From an uncultured delta proteobacterium (GTDB lineage: Bacteria > Desulfobacterota > RBG-13-43-22), in the NCBI GenBank assembly GCA_963843145.1, contig CAWJJC010000006.1, positions 64,001 through 128,000 of the forward strand: 64,000 bases of DNA, read 5' to 3'. The translations under genes were made by a program, and so were the position numbers. Below the pieces are notes generated by a model. It saw nothing but the letters and a program-made list of their open reading frames with translations. It had not been told where the DNA came from and searched no databases. Within the stretch, counting starts at the first letter, position 1. The number at the start of each line of letters is the position of its first letter. This document shows positions 46,590 through 56,914 of the stretch, in pieces.

Positions 46590-48449
46590 ATGAATGATAA
46601 CAGGAAGACCAAAAAACTACTGATCCTGGAATTGGAAGATCTTCGCCGGAGGACTGCTGAACTGGAACAATCTGAATCAAGACGCAAGCGGGCGGAGTCC
46701 AAACGGCAGGTTTCGTTCGAGACGCCGGGCAAGAGACATTCATTGATTCGTTCTATTACTGATTCGGCCCAGGATGCCATATTGATGATGGGCCCCACGG
46801 GTTGCATCTCATTCTGGAATCCAGCGGCTGAACGTATCTTTGGCTACACGAGTAAGGAGGCCATCGGTCAGGATTTGCATCAATTCCTTGCCCCAAAGCG
46901 TTACTGGGAAGAATGCCATGCTGCATTTTCCAAGTTTAAAAAAACCGGTCAAGGCGAGGCTTTGGACAAGACCATCGAACTACAGGCGTGCAGAAAGAAT
47001 GGTGGCGAACTCCCCATCGAACTGTCTCTTGCCGCTATTCATCGTGAGGATGGTTGGTATGCATTGGGGATCATACGCGACATCACCAAAAGCAAGCAGG
47101 CGGAGGCAGTGCTGCGGGAGTCGGAAGAAAGGTACCGGATGCTTTTTGAGGGGAGCATGCACGGTATACTTATAACCGATATTGGAACGGGGCGGTTTGT
47201 AGATGCTAATTTATCTATCTGCCGGATGCTCGGATATTCAAAAGCAGAGTTGCTGCAGTTAGGTGTAGCGGACATTCACCCAAAGGACTTGCGGGACCAT
47301 GTTATGTCAGAGATCGAGTCTCAAGTACGAGGTGGTCAGTCGGTATCTGGCACGATTCCGTGCCTGCGGAAAGACAGCACAGTTTTTTATGCTGAGATCG
47401 CTGGCACTAGCACCATCTTTCATGGGCGGGAGTGCGCCGTGGGCTTCTTTATGGATATCACTGACCGCAGGCTGACGGAGGAGGCGCTGTACAACAGTGA
47501 ACAACGCCTACGCACGCTGGTGCAGGCTATCCCTGACCTGATCTGGCTGAAAGACAAAGATGGTGTCTATCTCTCATGCAATACAATGTTCGAGCGGTTT
47601 TTCGGTGCCAGGGAAGCGGACATCGCCGGAAAAACCGATTACGACTTTATAGACCGGGAACTTGCCGACGCCTTCCGCGAGCATGACAATAAGGCCATGG
47701 CGGCGGGGAAGACCACCAGCAACGAAGAATGGATCACCTTCGCAGACGATGGCCATCGTGTCTTTCTGGATACAATCAAGACGCCGATGTACAATGCTCA
47801 GGGAACGCTCATCGGCGTGCTGGGTATCGGGCGCGATATCACCGACCGCAGGTCGGTCGAGCGGATTAGAAAGGCTTTGGGAGGGACCGTCCAGGCCATT
47901 TCTGTGACCGTTGAGGCGAGGGATCCCTACACGGCTGGCCATCAACGGAGGGTGGCTGATCTGGCTCGTGCGATTGCCACGGAGATGAACCTTCCTCTCG
48001 ATATAATCGATGGGGTCCGCATGGCCGCTTCCATCCATGATCTCGGCAAGATATCCCTTCCTGCTGAAATCCTTAGTAAACCGACAAAATTAAGAAAATC
48101 GGAGTTTGATCTGATCAAAGAGCATTCACAATCCGGTTACGATATATTGAAGGACATTGACTTCCCCTGGCCCGTTGCCAGGATAGTTCTGGAGCATCAT
48201 GAAAGGGTGAATGGTTCCGGATATCCGAATGGTTTAATGGGAGACAATATTCTTCTGGAGTCACGGATCCTGGCCGTGGCCGATGTGGTGGAATCTATGG
48301 GCTCCCACCGTCCCTATCGTCCCTCCCGGGGTATTGAGGCAGCCCTTGAGGAAATCGAGAAGAATAAAGGAACCTTTTACGACAACACTGTCGCGGATGC
48401 CTGTATGAGATTATTTCGGGAAAAAGGTTATCAACTGCAACAAACCTGA
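46590..48449 (+). CDS. PAS-PAS-PAS HD-GYP cyclic-dinucleotide phosphodiesterase
   Basis: EARDPYTAGHQRRV, HDLGK, HHERVNGSGYP, HRPYR. ATG at 46590 after GGAG; track start 46566. Confidence 0.92.
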   Translation: MNDNRKTKKLLILELEDLRRRTAELEQSESRRKRAESKRQVSFETPGKRHSLIRSITDSAQDAILMMGPTGCISFWNPAAERIFGYTSKEAIGQDLHQFLAPKRYWEECHAAFSKFKKTGQGEALDKTIELQACRKNGGELPIELSLAAIHREDGWYALGIIRDITKSKQAEAVLRESEERYRMLFEGSMHGILITDIGTGRFVDANLSICRMLGYSKAELLQLGVADIHPKDLRDHVMSEIESQVRGGQSVSGTIPCLRKDSTVFYAEIAGTSTIFHGRECAVGFFMDITDRRLTEEALYNSEQRLRTLVQAIPDLIWLKDKDGVYLSCNTMFERFFGAREADIAGKTDYDFIDRELADAFREHDNKAMAAGKTTSNEEWITFADDGHRVFLDTIKTPMYNAQGTLIGVLGIGRDITDRRSVERIRKALGGTVQAISVTVEARDPYTAGHQRRVADLARAIATEMNLPLDIIDGVRMAASIHDLGKISLPAEILSKPTKLRKSEFDLIKEHSQSGYDILKDIDFPWPVARIVLEHHERVNGSGYPNGLMGDNILLESRILAVADVVESMGSHRPYRPSRGIEAALEEIEKNKGTFYDNTVADACMRLFREKGYQLQQT

Positions 48450-48862
48450 TTTTAAATGGTAATCTTTCGCCACAATTCAGTAACGTCTCCCGGGGGCTTC
48501 ATTCCTTTACCACCCATGGAAATACTCTACGAGCCACCTCATCTGACCGTGAGCGGCCCGAAGAGTTCGAATGGAAATCGCTAAATCAAGCATAGGACAA
48601 AGGAAAACATTAGTAGGTGATATACGCTTCGAAGGTCATTTGAGGGGCCATTTATTAATCTCGATGCTCTATTCCAAAACCACCGCCACCCGTTCTACCA
48701 TCTCATCCGTTCCCCGGCCGAAGAGTTTCCGAATCGCCAAAAAAATCTCCTCTAAGTGACAATTTCTTTTTTAAGCTATTTGACTCGCCGGGTCAATCCG
48801 AGTGAGTATTCTTGTTCAACTGATCAAAATTATTAATCATGTTTTATGGCCACCCCCCCCCA

Positions 48863-48982
48863 TCAGGAAGCGCTCAACTCGCTCTTGATTTTCTCGGATA
48901 ACCAATGGCGGATCAGGGTCCGGTAGGGCAGGGATTTGGTGGTCGCTAATTTCCGGATCATCTGAATTTGAATCGGATCCAT
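48863..48982 (-). pseudogene. Remnant of a CopG/ribbon-helix-helix antitoxin-like gene
   Basis: MDPIQIQMIRKLATTKSLPYRTLIRHWLSEKIK; no N-terminal part or toxin partner. Confidence 0.45.
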
Positions 48983-49126
48983 CGTAAAGGATTTTTTGCC
49001 CCACGAATGCAACCTCCGGCCGAACTCGAACCGAAAAAAAATTTGGTTCCAACAGCCCTCAATCATGGTATAAATAACTCGAATCCGAATGATGGCTTGA
49101 TTTCCTCAGGCAGGTAAAGGAGCGTT

Positions 49127-50368
49127 ATGTCTCACTCCAAAATCCATTACGGCTGGGTCGTGGTCTTCACCGGCCTGCTGGTGACCATCGGCGCCCATGG
49201 GTTCGGGCGCATGTCCTATACCTTGATCCTGCCGGCCATGAAGGACGGGCTTCAGCTCAACTACACCCAATTGGGCCTGATCGGGACCGGCAATTTTATC
49301 GGCTACCTGATCATGGCCATTATCGGCGGGGCCTTGGCCGCCCGTCTGGGTTCCCGGCTGGTTATCTGCCTGGCCTTGACCCTGATGGGGGTCACCATGA
49401 TCCTGACCGGATGGGCTCAGAATTTTCAAACCGCGTTCCTCCTTCGCTTGCTGACCGGACTGGGGCACGGGTCCTCTTATGTGCCGGCTATGGCCTTGGG
49501 ATCGGCCTGGTTCGTAATGAAGCGCCGGGGTTTTGCCACCGGGATCGTTTCCGCCGGTATCGGGGGCGGGACGATGATCGCCAGCTTTATTGTTCCCCTG
49601 GCCTTAAAGGCTTACGGCATCGAAGGCTGGCGCTACGCCTGGTACTTTCTGGGAGCGGCCGTCCTGGTGATTGCGGCCGTGGCCGGCCTTTTGATTCGCA
49701 GCCGTCCGGATGAACTGGGATTACACCCGGTGGGGGCCGAAGCGGATCCCACGGCCGGATCACTCCCCAAGCCGGCCTCCACCTCCCTGGACTGGGGCCT
49801 GGTTTACCGCAAAGGGCGAATCTGGTATCTGGGGCTGGTTTACTCTTTATACGGTTTTTCCTATATCATCTACATGACCTTTTTTGCCGCCTACCTGGTG
49901 AAGGAAATCGGTTGGACTCCGGCGGCCGCCAGCGGGCTCTGGGCTCTGGTGGGGGGCATCAGCATTTTTTGCGGAGTGATTTGGGGCGGCATTTCCGACC
50001 GCCTGGGAAGGGCCCAGGGGATGGCCCTGGCCTACGGCTTACTGGCTGCCAGTTACCTGATTTTCGCCCTGATGAAATCCGGCACCGGGTTTTATTTCTC
50101 GGCCGTCCTTTTCGGATTATGCGCCTGGAGCATTCCGACTATTATGGCCGCCACCGCCGGGGATTTTGTCGGCCCTCAGATGGCCCCGGCCGGCCTGGGT
50201 TTTATCACCCTCTTTTTCGGCCTGGGGCAGGCCCTGGGTCCTTCCCTCGGCGGCTACCTGGCCGACTTGTCCCGATCCTTTACCGGGCCGTTCCTGCTGG
50301 CCGCCGTCGTCTCCCTGGCCGGCGGCCTGCTGTCCCTGGGCCTCAGGCCTCCCGCCCGGGAGGGTTGA
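49127..50368 (+). CDS. MFS transporter (YbfB/YjiJ-like)
   Basis: About 12 TM segments; GFGRMSYTLILPAM, WGGISDRLGR. Confidence 0.9.
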   Translation: MSHSKIHYGWVVVFTGLLVTIGAHGFGRMSYTLILPAMKDGLQLNYTQLGLIGTGNFIGYLIMAIIGGALAARLGSRLVICLALTLMGVTMILTGWAQNFQTAFLLRLLTGLGHGSSYVPAMALGSAWFVMKRRGFATGIVSAGIGGGTMIASFIVPLALKAYGIEGWRYAWYFLGAAVLVIAAVAGLLIRSRPDELGLHPVGAEADPTAGSLPKPASTSLDWGLVYRKGRIWYLGLVYSLYGFSYIIYMTFFAAYLVKEIGWTPAAASGLWALVGGISIFCGVIWGGISDRLGRAQGMALAYGLLAASYLIFALMKSGTGFYFSAVLFGLCAWSIPTIMAATAGDFVGPQMAPAGLGFITLFFGLGQALGPSLGGYLADLSRSFTGPFLLAAVVSLAGGLLSLGLRPPAREG

Positions 50369-50405
50369 GTTTATAAATCAAAACCAAGAGGGGGAGATCC
50401 CGCCG

Positions 50406-50447
50406 TAATAATCAACAATCAACAATTAATTATTGATTATTAATTAA
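50406..50447. repeat. AT-rich heptamer palindromic array E
   Basis: TAATAATC AACAATC AACAATT AATTATT GATTATT AATT. Confidence 0.85.
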
Positions 50448-50498
50448 AAAACTGACAGCAGAAAAGCCCGATGATAGAAAGCAAAAAATAGGATTTTT

Positions 50499-51647
50499 AT
50501 GAAACGATACCCAGTGATTCTTATTTTCATGGTATTTCTGACGGGGGGCAGCCTTTTAGTCAACGGTTGCGGCGCTGATAAAAAAACCGATGCCGCCAAA
50601 GGGCGGCGTGACCGGCCGGTGCCGGTCTCCGTCAGTCCCGCACTCCAGGAGACCATCCCGGTGGAGATTTCCGGCATCGGGAACGCCGAAGCCCATTCCA
50701 CCGTTTCCGTTAAATCGCGTATCGGCGGTGAACTGAAAAAAATCCACTTTCGGGAAGGCCAGGAAGTCCGTCAGGGAGACCTGATTTTTACCATCGACCC
50801 CCAACCCTACGAAGCCGCTCTGAAACAAGCCCAGGCCAATCTGGCCCGGACGGCGGCCCTGGCCAAAAAAGCGGAAGAGGACCTGCGGCGGTATCAGGAC
50901 CTGATCCGGAAGGAATACATCAGCCAGGAACAGTTTGACCAGGCGAAGGCCAATGCCGACGTCCAGACGGCGGCCCTCAAAGCCGATCAGGCGGCGGTGG
51001 AGAATGCCCGCCTGAATCTGAGTTATTGTTTTATCCACGCCCCTTTGACTGGGGTGACCGGCAGCCTGTTGTTCAATCAGGGGGCCCAAATTAAGGCCAA
51101 TGACGACAAGGCCATGGTCACCATCAATCGGGTTCAACCCATCTACGTCAGTTTCTCCGTACCCGAGCAATACCTCCCCGAGATAAAAAAATATTCGGCC
51201 CGGGGACCGTTGAAGGTCAGGGCCTCCGCGGACAACGGCGACAAAATTACGGAGGAGGGTTTGCTGACCTTTATCGACAATGCCGTGGACCAGACCACAG
51301 GAACGATCCGTCTCAAGGCCACCTTCGACAATCCGAATAGAAAGCTCTGGCCGGGTCAATTCCTGCGGGTCTCCCTGGCCTTGAGTGCGCAGGCCGACGC
51401 CATCGTCGTACCTTCTCAGGCCATCCAGACCGGCGTTCAGGGACAGTACGTTTTTGTGGCCACTGCTGAGGAGAAAGCCGAAACCCGGACGGTGGTGACG
51501 GGGAGGAATTTTGACGGACAAACGGTTATCGAAAAAGGCCTGAAAGCCGGGGAACGGGTGGTCACCGACGGGCAGTTTCAGCTCGTTCCCGGGAGCAGGT
51601 TGCAGATCAAGCAGGCGGTGACGGCTCCCGGAGTACAGCGCCCATGA
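50499..51647 (+). CDS. RND efflux periplasmic adaptor (MdtA-like)
   Basis: F.EGQ.V..GD, IDNAVDQTTGT, LWPGQF. Confidence 0.92.
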   Translation: MKRYPVILIFMVFLTGGSLLVNGCGADKKTDAAKGRRDRPVPVSVSPALQETIPVEISGIGNAEAHSTVSVKSRIGGELKKIHFREGQEVRQGDLIFTIDPQPYEAALKQAQANLARTAALAKKAEEDLRRYQDLIRKEYISQEQFDQAKANADVQTAALKADQAAVENARLNLSYCFIHAPLTGVTGSLLFNQGAQIKANDDKAMVTINRVQPIYVSFSVPEQYLPEIKKYSARGPLKVRASADNGDKITEEGLLTFIDNAVDQTTGTIRLKATFDNPNRKLWPGQFLRVSLALSAQADAIVVPSQAIQTGVQGQYVFVATAEEKAETRTVVTGRNFDGQTVIEKGLKAGERVVTDGQFQLVPGSRLQIKQAVTAPGVQRP

Positions 51648-54600
51648 ACATCTCCGCCGGGTTTATCCGCCGCCCGGTCATGACCACCTTGGTGATGGCC
51701 GGCATCCTGATTTTCGGGATCTTGGGCTACCGTTCCCTGCCGGTCAGTGACTTGCCTAACGTGGATTTCCCGACCATCCTGGTATCGGCCGAATTACCCG
51801 GGGCTTCTCCGGAGACCATGGCCTCGGCCGTGGCCACCCCCCTGGAAAAGGAATTTTCCACCATCGCCGGGCTGGATTCCATGAACTCCACCAGTGCCCT
51901 GGGGATTACCCAGATCACCCTCCAGTTCAATCTGGATCGGAGCCTCGATGCCGCCGCCCAGGATATTCAATCGTCCATATCCAAGGCCGCCCGGCTGCTG
52001 CCTCCCACCCTGCCCACCCCCCCGTCCTTTCGCAAAGTGAACCCGGCCGATCAACCGGTCCTTTACCTGGCCCTGCAATCGGATCTCCTGCCCCTGTCCG
52101 TAGTGGACGAATACGCCCAGACCACCATCGCCCAGCGGATCTCCATGATCAGCGGGGTGGCCCAGGTGCTGGTCTACGGCTCCCAGAAATTCGCGGTCCG
52201 GGTGCAACTCAACCCGCAGGCCCTGGCCTCCCGGGGGATCGGGATCGATGAGATCGCCGCCGCCGTGGACAAAGGCAACGTCAATCTGCCCACCGGTACA
52301 CTCTACGGTCGCCATCAGGCCTTCAACCTCCAGGCCAGCGGGCAGCTCATGAAGGCCGAAGATTACAAGTCATTGATCGTGGCCTATAAAGGCGGCGCCC
52401 CGATCCGGCTGCAGGAGCTCGGTCGGGCCTTCTCCAGCGTCGAGAACGACAAAATTGCCAGTTGGTACAATAACCAGCGGGCCATTGTTCTGGCCATCCA
52501 GCGGCAACCGGGGACCAATACCATCGAAGTGGTGGATTCCATCAAAAAGCTGTTGCCGCAATTCCAGGCGCAACTTCCGGCCTCCCTGGAATTCGCGGTC
52601 CTGTACGACCGCTCCCAGTCTATCCGGGAGTCGGTGAACGATGTCAAATTCACCCTGATCCTGACCATCTCCCTGGTGATCCTGGTCATCTTTCTGTTTC
52701 TGCGTAATTTTTCCGCCACCGTCATCCCCAGTCTGGCCCTGCCCATGTCCATTGTGGGCACTTTTGCCGCCATGCAGCTCCTGGGATTCAACCTGGACAA
52801 TCTATCCCTCATGGCCCTGATCCTCTCGGTGGGTTTCGTGGTGGACGACGCCATCGTCATGCTGGAGAATATCGTCCGCCACCTGGAAAAGGGCGAGGCC
52901 CCCATGGAGGCCGCCCTGAACGGCTCCAGGGAAATCAGCTTTACCATTCTCTCCATGACCGTTTCCCTGGCGGCGGTTTTTATTCCGGTTTTGTTTATGG
53001 GGGGGATTCTGGGACGACTGCTTCACGAATTTGCCGTGGTCATTGCCGTGGCCATATTGATCTCCGGGTTTGTCTCCTTAAGCCTGACCCCCATGCTCTG
53101 CAGCCGCTTCCTGCGCCCGATGCGGGAGCAGGCCCATGGCCGACTCTATATGTTCATGGAACGATTTTTCGACGGGATGCTGCGGGTCTACGACTGGAGC
53201 CTGAAGAAGGTTTTAATTTATCGCCGGACCACCATGGCCGTAACCGCCCTGACCCTGGCCGCCACCGTGTACCTGTTTATCATCAGTCCTAAAGGCTTTA
53301 TTCCTAGTGAAGACACGGGCCAAATCTTCTGCATCACCGAGGCCGCCCAGGGGATCTCATTTGAAAACATGGTCCGCCACCAGCAGGCCCTGGCCGCCAT
53401 CGTTCAGAAAGACCCCAATGTCAGCAATTTCATGTCCGCGGTCGGTGCCGGGGGATCCAGTGTTTCCGGGAACGCCGGTCGAATGTTTATCCGGCTGAAG
53501 CCGAGGGGCGACCGGAAACTGAGCGCCGATGAACTCATCCAATCGCTGCGGGTCAAACTGGCCACGGTGCCGGGCATCCGCATCTTTCTGCAGAATCCCC
53601 CCATGATCCGCATCGGAGGCCAGTTCACCAAGAGCCTCTATCAGTTCACGCTGCAGAGCCCCAATACCAATGAACTCTATTATTACGCCCCCCTGTTGGA
53701 GGCCCGGCTGAAGACCTTGCCGGACCTGCAGGATGTGACCAGCGACCTGCAGAACCAGAATCCGGAGATCGACATCGAAATCAATCGCGACAAGGCCACC
53801 GCGCTGGGGGTGACGGCCGAGCAGATTGAAAATGCCCTGTACACCGCTTATGGGTCCCGCCAGGTGTCCACTATCTACACGGCCAACAATGCCTATAAGG
53901 TAATCATGGAAGTAGAACCCCAATACCAGATGGATCCCGAAGTCCTGGCCATGCTCTATATCCACTCGGCCCAAGGCCCATTGGTTCCCCTGAAGGCGGT
54001 GGCCAACCTGAGCGCCGGGGTCGGCCCGCTGCTGGTCAATCACGCCGGGCAACTCCCCTCCGTGACGATCTCCTTCAACCTCCGGCCGGGCGTATCCCTG
54101 AGCGAGGCGGTGAAGCAGGTGGAAAAGATCTCCCGCAACCTGCTGCCATCCACCATCAGCCCCAATTTCCAGGGAACGGCCCAGGCCTTCCAGGCCTCAC
54201 AGCAAGGTTTGTTGGTGCTGCTGATCCTGGCCATCGTGGTGATCTATATCATCCTGGGAATATTATATGAAAGTTTCATCCATCCCCTGACGATTCTTTC
54301 CGGCCTCCCGGCAGCCGCTTTCGGCGCCCTCCTGACCCTGAGGGTTTTCGGGGTCGAATTGAGCATCTATGCCTTCGTGGGCATCATCATGCTGGTGGGC
54401 ATCGTCAAAAAGAACGCCATCATGATGATCGACTTTGCCCTGGAGGCCCAGCGCCACGACGGAAAATCTTCCCTGGAAGCCATCTACCAGGGTTGCCTGG
54501 TCCGCTTCCGGCCCATCATGATGACCACCATGGCCGCCTTCATGGGCACCCTGCCCATCGCCCTGGGTCTCGGGGCCGGCGCCGAATCCCGCCGACCGTT

Positions 54601-54733
54601 GGGTCTGGCGGTGGTTGGCGGTCTGGTTTTTTCCCAGTTGCTCACCCTGTACATTACCCCGGTCTTTTTTACCTACATGGAAGCCTTTAAGAAGAAATTC
54701 GGCGGTTCTTCCCGGGCCCAATCTAAGGATTAA
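51644..54733 (+). CDS. RND efflux permease (MdtB/C-like)
   Basis: FIRRPVMTTL, GFVVDDAIV, GIVKKNAIMMIDFA, RFRPIMMTT. Confidence 0.95.
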   Translation: MNISAGFIRRPVMTTLVMAGILIFGILGYRSLPVSDLPNVDFPTILVSAELPGASPETMASAVATPLEKEFSTIAGLDSMNSTSALGITQITLQFNLDRSLDAAAQDIQSSISKAARLLPPTLPTPPSFRKVNPADQPVLYLALQSDLLPLSVVDEYAQTTIAQRISMISGVAQVLVYGSQKFAVRVQLNPQALASRGIGIDEIAAAVDKGNVNLPTGTLYGRHQAFNLQASGQLMKAEDYKSLIVAYKGGAPIRLQELGRAFSSVENDKIASWYNNQRAIVLAIQRQPGTNTIEVVDSIKKLLPQFQAQLPASLEFAVLYDRSQSIRESVNDVKFTLILTISLVILVIFLFLRNFSATVIPSLALPMSIVGTFAAMQLLGFNLDNLSLMALILSVGFVVDDAIVMLENIVRHLEKGEAPMEAALNGSREISFTILSMTVSLAAVFIPVLFMGGILGRLLHEFAVVIAVAILISGFVSLSLTPMLCSRFLRPMREQAHGRLYMFMERFFDGMLRVYDWSLKKVLIYRRTTMAVTALTLAATVYLFIISPKGFIPSEDTGQIFCITEAAQGISFENMVRHQQALAAIVQKDPNVSNFMSAVGAGGSSVSGNAGRMFIRLKPRGDRKLSADELIQSLRVKLATVPGIRIFLQNPPMIRIGGQFTKSLYQFTLQSPNTNELYYYAPLLEARLKTLPDLQDVTSDLQNQNPEIDIEINRDKATALGVTAEQIENALYTAYGSRQVSTIYTANNAYKVIMEVEPQYQMDPEVLAMLYIHSAQGPLVPLKAVANLSAGVGPLLVNHAGQLPSVTISFNLRPGVSLSEAVKQVEKISRNLLPSTISPNFQGTAQAFQASQQGLLVLLILAIVVIYIILGILYESFIHPLTILSGLPAAAFGALLTLRVFGVELSIYAFVGIIMLVGIVKKNAIMMIDFALEAQRHDGKSSLEAIYQGCLVRFRPIMMTTMAAFMGTLPIALGLGAGAESRRPLGLAVVGGLVFSQLLTLYITPVFFTYMEAFKKKFGGSSRAQSKD

Positions 54734-54789
54734 AACGGGTCGATTTCTGGGGTCTAATTCAAAAACCTAAGTACTCCTTCCTTCACACC

Positions 54790-54805
54790 AGGCACATATA
54801 TTGCA
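54790..54805 (+). promoter_or_regulatory. Putative sigma-54 promoter upstream of the four-helix-bundle gene and comM
   Basis: AGGCACATATATTGCA fits GG-N10-GC. Confidence 0.5.
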
Positions 54806-54873
54806 AAAATGATGAGCTGTTGGCGATCTTTTTTAAGGCGTTTCCGGAAATTCAGGTATGAGAGGTCTGAGTT

Positions 54874-54920
54874 GTAATTAACAATTAACAATTGCCAATT
54901 GATTATTGATTATTAATTAC
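54874..54920. repeat. AT-rich heptamer palindromic array F (5' flank of the four-helix-bundle gene)
   Basis: GTAATT AACAATT AACAATT GCCAATT GATTATT GATTATT AATTAC, ending 5 nt before the ATG. Confidence 0.88.
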
Positions 54921-54925
54921 TATTT

Positions 54926-55303
54926 ATGGCCAAAGGCGACGATATCCAGGAACGGCTTATCGATTTTGCGGTTCAAATCATAAGGCTTTCAGCTCAACTA
55001 CCCAAAACGCCCGCCGGAAAACATGTTGCCGGTCAAATTTTAAAAAGTGGGACATCCCCGGCACCCAATTACGGCGAAGCGCGTTCTGCGGAAAGCTCGA
55101 ATGATTTTATTCATAAACTGAGGGTTGCTCTCAAGGAATTAAATGAAACCAAAGTGTGGCTACATATAATCCGGAAAAGCGGGATGATCTCTTTTGAGGA
55201 AATTTTGGAATTATACCAATCTTGTGATGAACTTTGTAGAATCATTTGTGCCAGCGTAATGACCTCCACCAGAAGAATAAAACCGGGGGTAAATAATCAA
55301 TAA
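54926..55303 (+). CDS. Four-helix-bundle protein (TIGR02436 / 23S rRNA IVS protein / Avd-like)
   Basis: ERLIDFAV, QILKSGTSPAPNYGEA, AESSNDFIHKL..ALKELNET..WL. Confidence 0.9.
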   Translation: MAKGDDIQERLIDFAVQIIRLSAQLPKTPAGKHVAGQILKSGTSPAPNYGEARSAESSNDFIHKLRVALKELNETKVWLHIIRKSGMISFEEILELYQSCDELCRIICASVMTSTRRIKPGVNNQ

Positions 55304-55333
55304 TCAATTGTTAATATTCAATTATTAATTATT
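55291..55333. repeat. AT-rich heptamer palindromic array G (3' flank, contains the gene's stop codon)
   Basis: AAATAATCAATAATCAATTGTTAATATTCAATTATTAATTATT. Confidence 0.88.
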
Positions 55334-55358
55334 GCGCTAAAGACTCCATATTTTTCCC

Positions 55359-56888
55359 ATGATCTCCAAAATCTTCAGCAGCGCCATTTTGGGCATCGAC
55401 GCCTACATCGTCCAGGTGGAAGTAGACATCGCCCGGGGGTTGCCCTCCTTTTCCACGGTCGGTCTACCGGAAGGGGCGGTGCGGGAAAGCAAGGACCGGG
55501 TCAAATCGGCCATCAAAAATTCCGGGTTTGAGTTTCCCAGCCACCGGATCACCGTCAACCTGGCCCCGGCCGACATCAAAAAGGAAGGTTCGGCTTTTGA
55601 CCTGCCGATCGCCGTGGGGATCCTGGCGGCCACGGAGCTGGTCCCCCCCGATCTGCTGGGTCAATTTCTTCTATTGGGGGAATTGTCCTTAAACGGTGAG
55701 GTCAAGCCCGTCCGGGGGGGGTTGCCCACGGCCCTGTCGTTGAAAAAGAACGGCTACCGGGGCCTGCTGCTGCCCGAGGCCAATGCCTATGAGGCCGCGG
55801 TAGTGGAGGGCATTGATGTTGTCCCGGTGAAGACCCTGGGTGAAGTGGTGGAATTTCTAAATGGTGTCACCACACTTCCCACCTTTACCATCGATCATGA
55901 GCACCTCTTTCCCAGCCGGCCGGTCTTTCCCTTGGACTTCAACGAAGTGAAGGGCCAGGAACAGGTCAAACGGGCACTGGAAATCGCCGCGGCCGGCGGC
56001 CACAATATCATCATGATCGGGCCTCCGGGCTCAGGCAAAACCATGCTGGCCCAACGGCTTCCGTCCATACTGCCCCAACTGACCTTTGAGGAGGCCCTGG
56101 AGACGTCCAAGGTATACAGCGTCATGGGTCTGATGCCCGGAGACCGGGCCTTGATTACCACCAGGCCCTTTCGGTCCCCCCACCACACGGTGTCCGACGC
56201 CGGACTGATCGGCGGCGGGCAGATCCCTCGGCCGGGCGAAGTCAGTCTGGCTCACAACGGCGTCCTTTTCCTGGATGAGCTGCCGGAATTCAAAAAAAAT
56301 GTTCTGGAAGTGCTGCGTCAGCCGCTGGAAGACGGTCAGGTGACGATTTCCAGGGCCATCACCTCCCTGACCTATCCGGCCCGTTTCATGCTGGTGGCGG
56401 CCATGAATCCCTGCCCCTGCGGATTTCTTTCCGATCCCCAGCGGGAATGCCAGTGCACCTATCCTCAGATCCAGCGCTACAAGTCCAAGATCTCCGGCCC
56501 CCTCCTGGACCGCATCGATCTCCATATCGAAGTGCCCGCCGTGAAATTCAAGGACTTGACCGAACCGGCGGGAGGGGAACCTTCGGAAGTCGTCCGGGCC
56601 AGGGTCCAGGCCGCCCGGGAGAGGCAAAAAGAACGCTTCCTGGCCAAAAATGTTTACTGCAACGCCCAGATGGGCCCGCGATTGATTAAGAAATTCTGCC
56701 CCCTGGATGCGGAGGCCCATCGCCTCTTGGAGCAGGCCATGGAATACCTGGGCTTCAGCGCCCGGGCCTACCACCGCATCCTCAAGATCTCCCGGACCAT
56801 CGCTGATTTGGAAGCCTGTTCGGCCATCCAATCGCGCCACGTCTCCGAGGCCATTCAGTACCGCAGTTTGGACCGGAGAGTCCTGTAG
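55359..56888 (+). CDS. comM: YifB/ComM Mg-chelatase-like AAA+ ATPase
   Basis: [49 protein letters not shown]. Confidence 0.93.
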   Translation: MISKIFSSAILGIDAYIVQVEVDIARGLPSFSTVGLPEGAVRESKDRVKSAIKNSGFEFPSHRITVNLAPADIKKEGSAFDLPIAVGILAATELVPPDLLGQFLLLGELSLNGEVKPVRGGLPTALSLKKNGYRGLLLPEANAYEAAVVEGIDVVPVKTLGEVVEFLNGVTTLPTFTIDHEHLFPSRPVFPLDFNEVKGQEQVKRALEIAAAGGHNIIMIGPPGSGKTMLAQRLPSILPQLTFEEALETSKVYSVMGLMPGDRALITTRPFRSPHHTVSDAGLIGGGQIPRPGEVSLAHNGVLFLDELPEFKKNVLEVLRQPLEDGQVTISRAITSLTYPARFMLVAAMNPCPCGFLSDPQRECQCTYPQIQRYKSKISGPLLDRIDLHIEVPAVKFKDLTEPAGGEPSEVVRARVQAARERQKERFLAKNVYCNAQMGPRLIKKFCPLDAEAHRLLEQAMEYLGFSARAYHRILKISRTIADLEACSAIQSRHVSEAIQYRSLDRRVL

Positions 56889-56914
56889 AAACAGTTTGGC
56901 ATAGATTAATAACG

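Noticed and set aside
54926-55303. Diversity-generating retroelement (Avd-like gene)
   Set aside because: No reverse transcriptase and no TR/VR pair differing at adenines in the window.
1702-55333. Heptamer arrays or REP copies as a CRISPR array
   Set aside because: There is no regular repeat-spacer periodicity and no cas gene.
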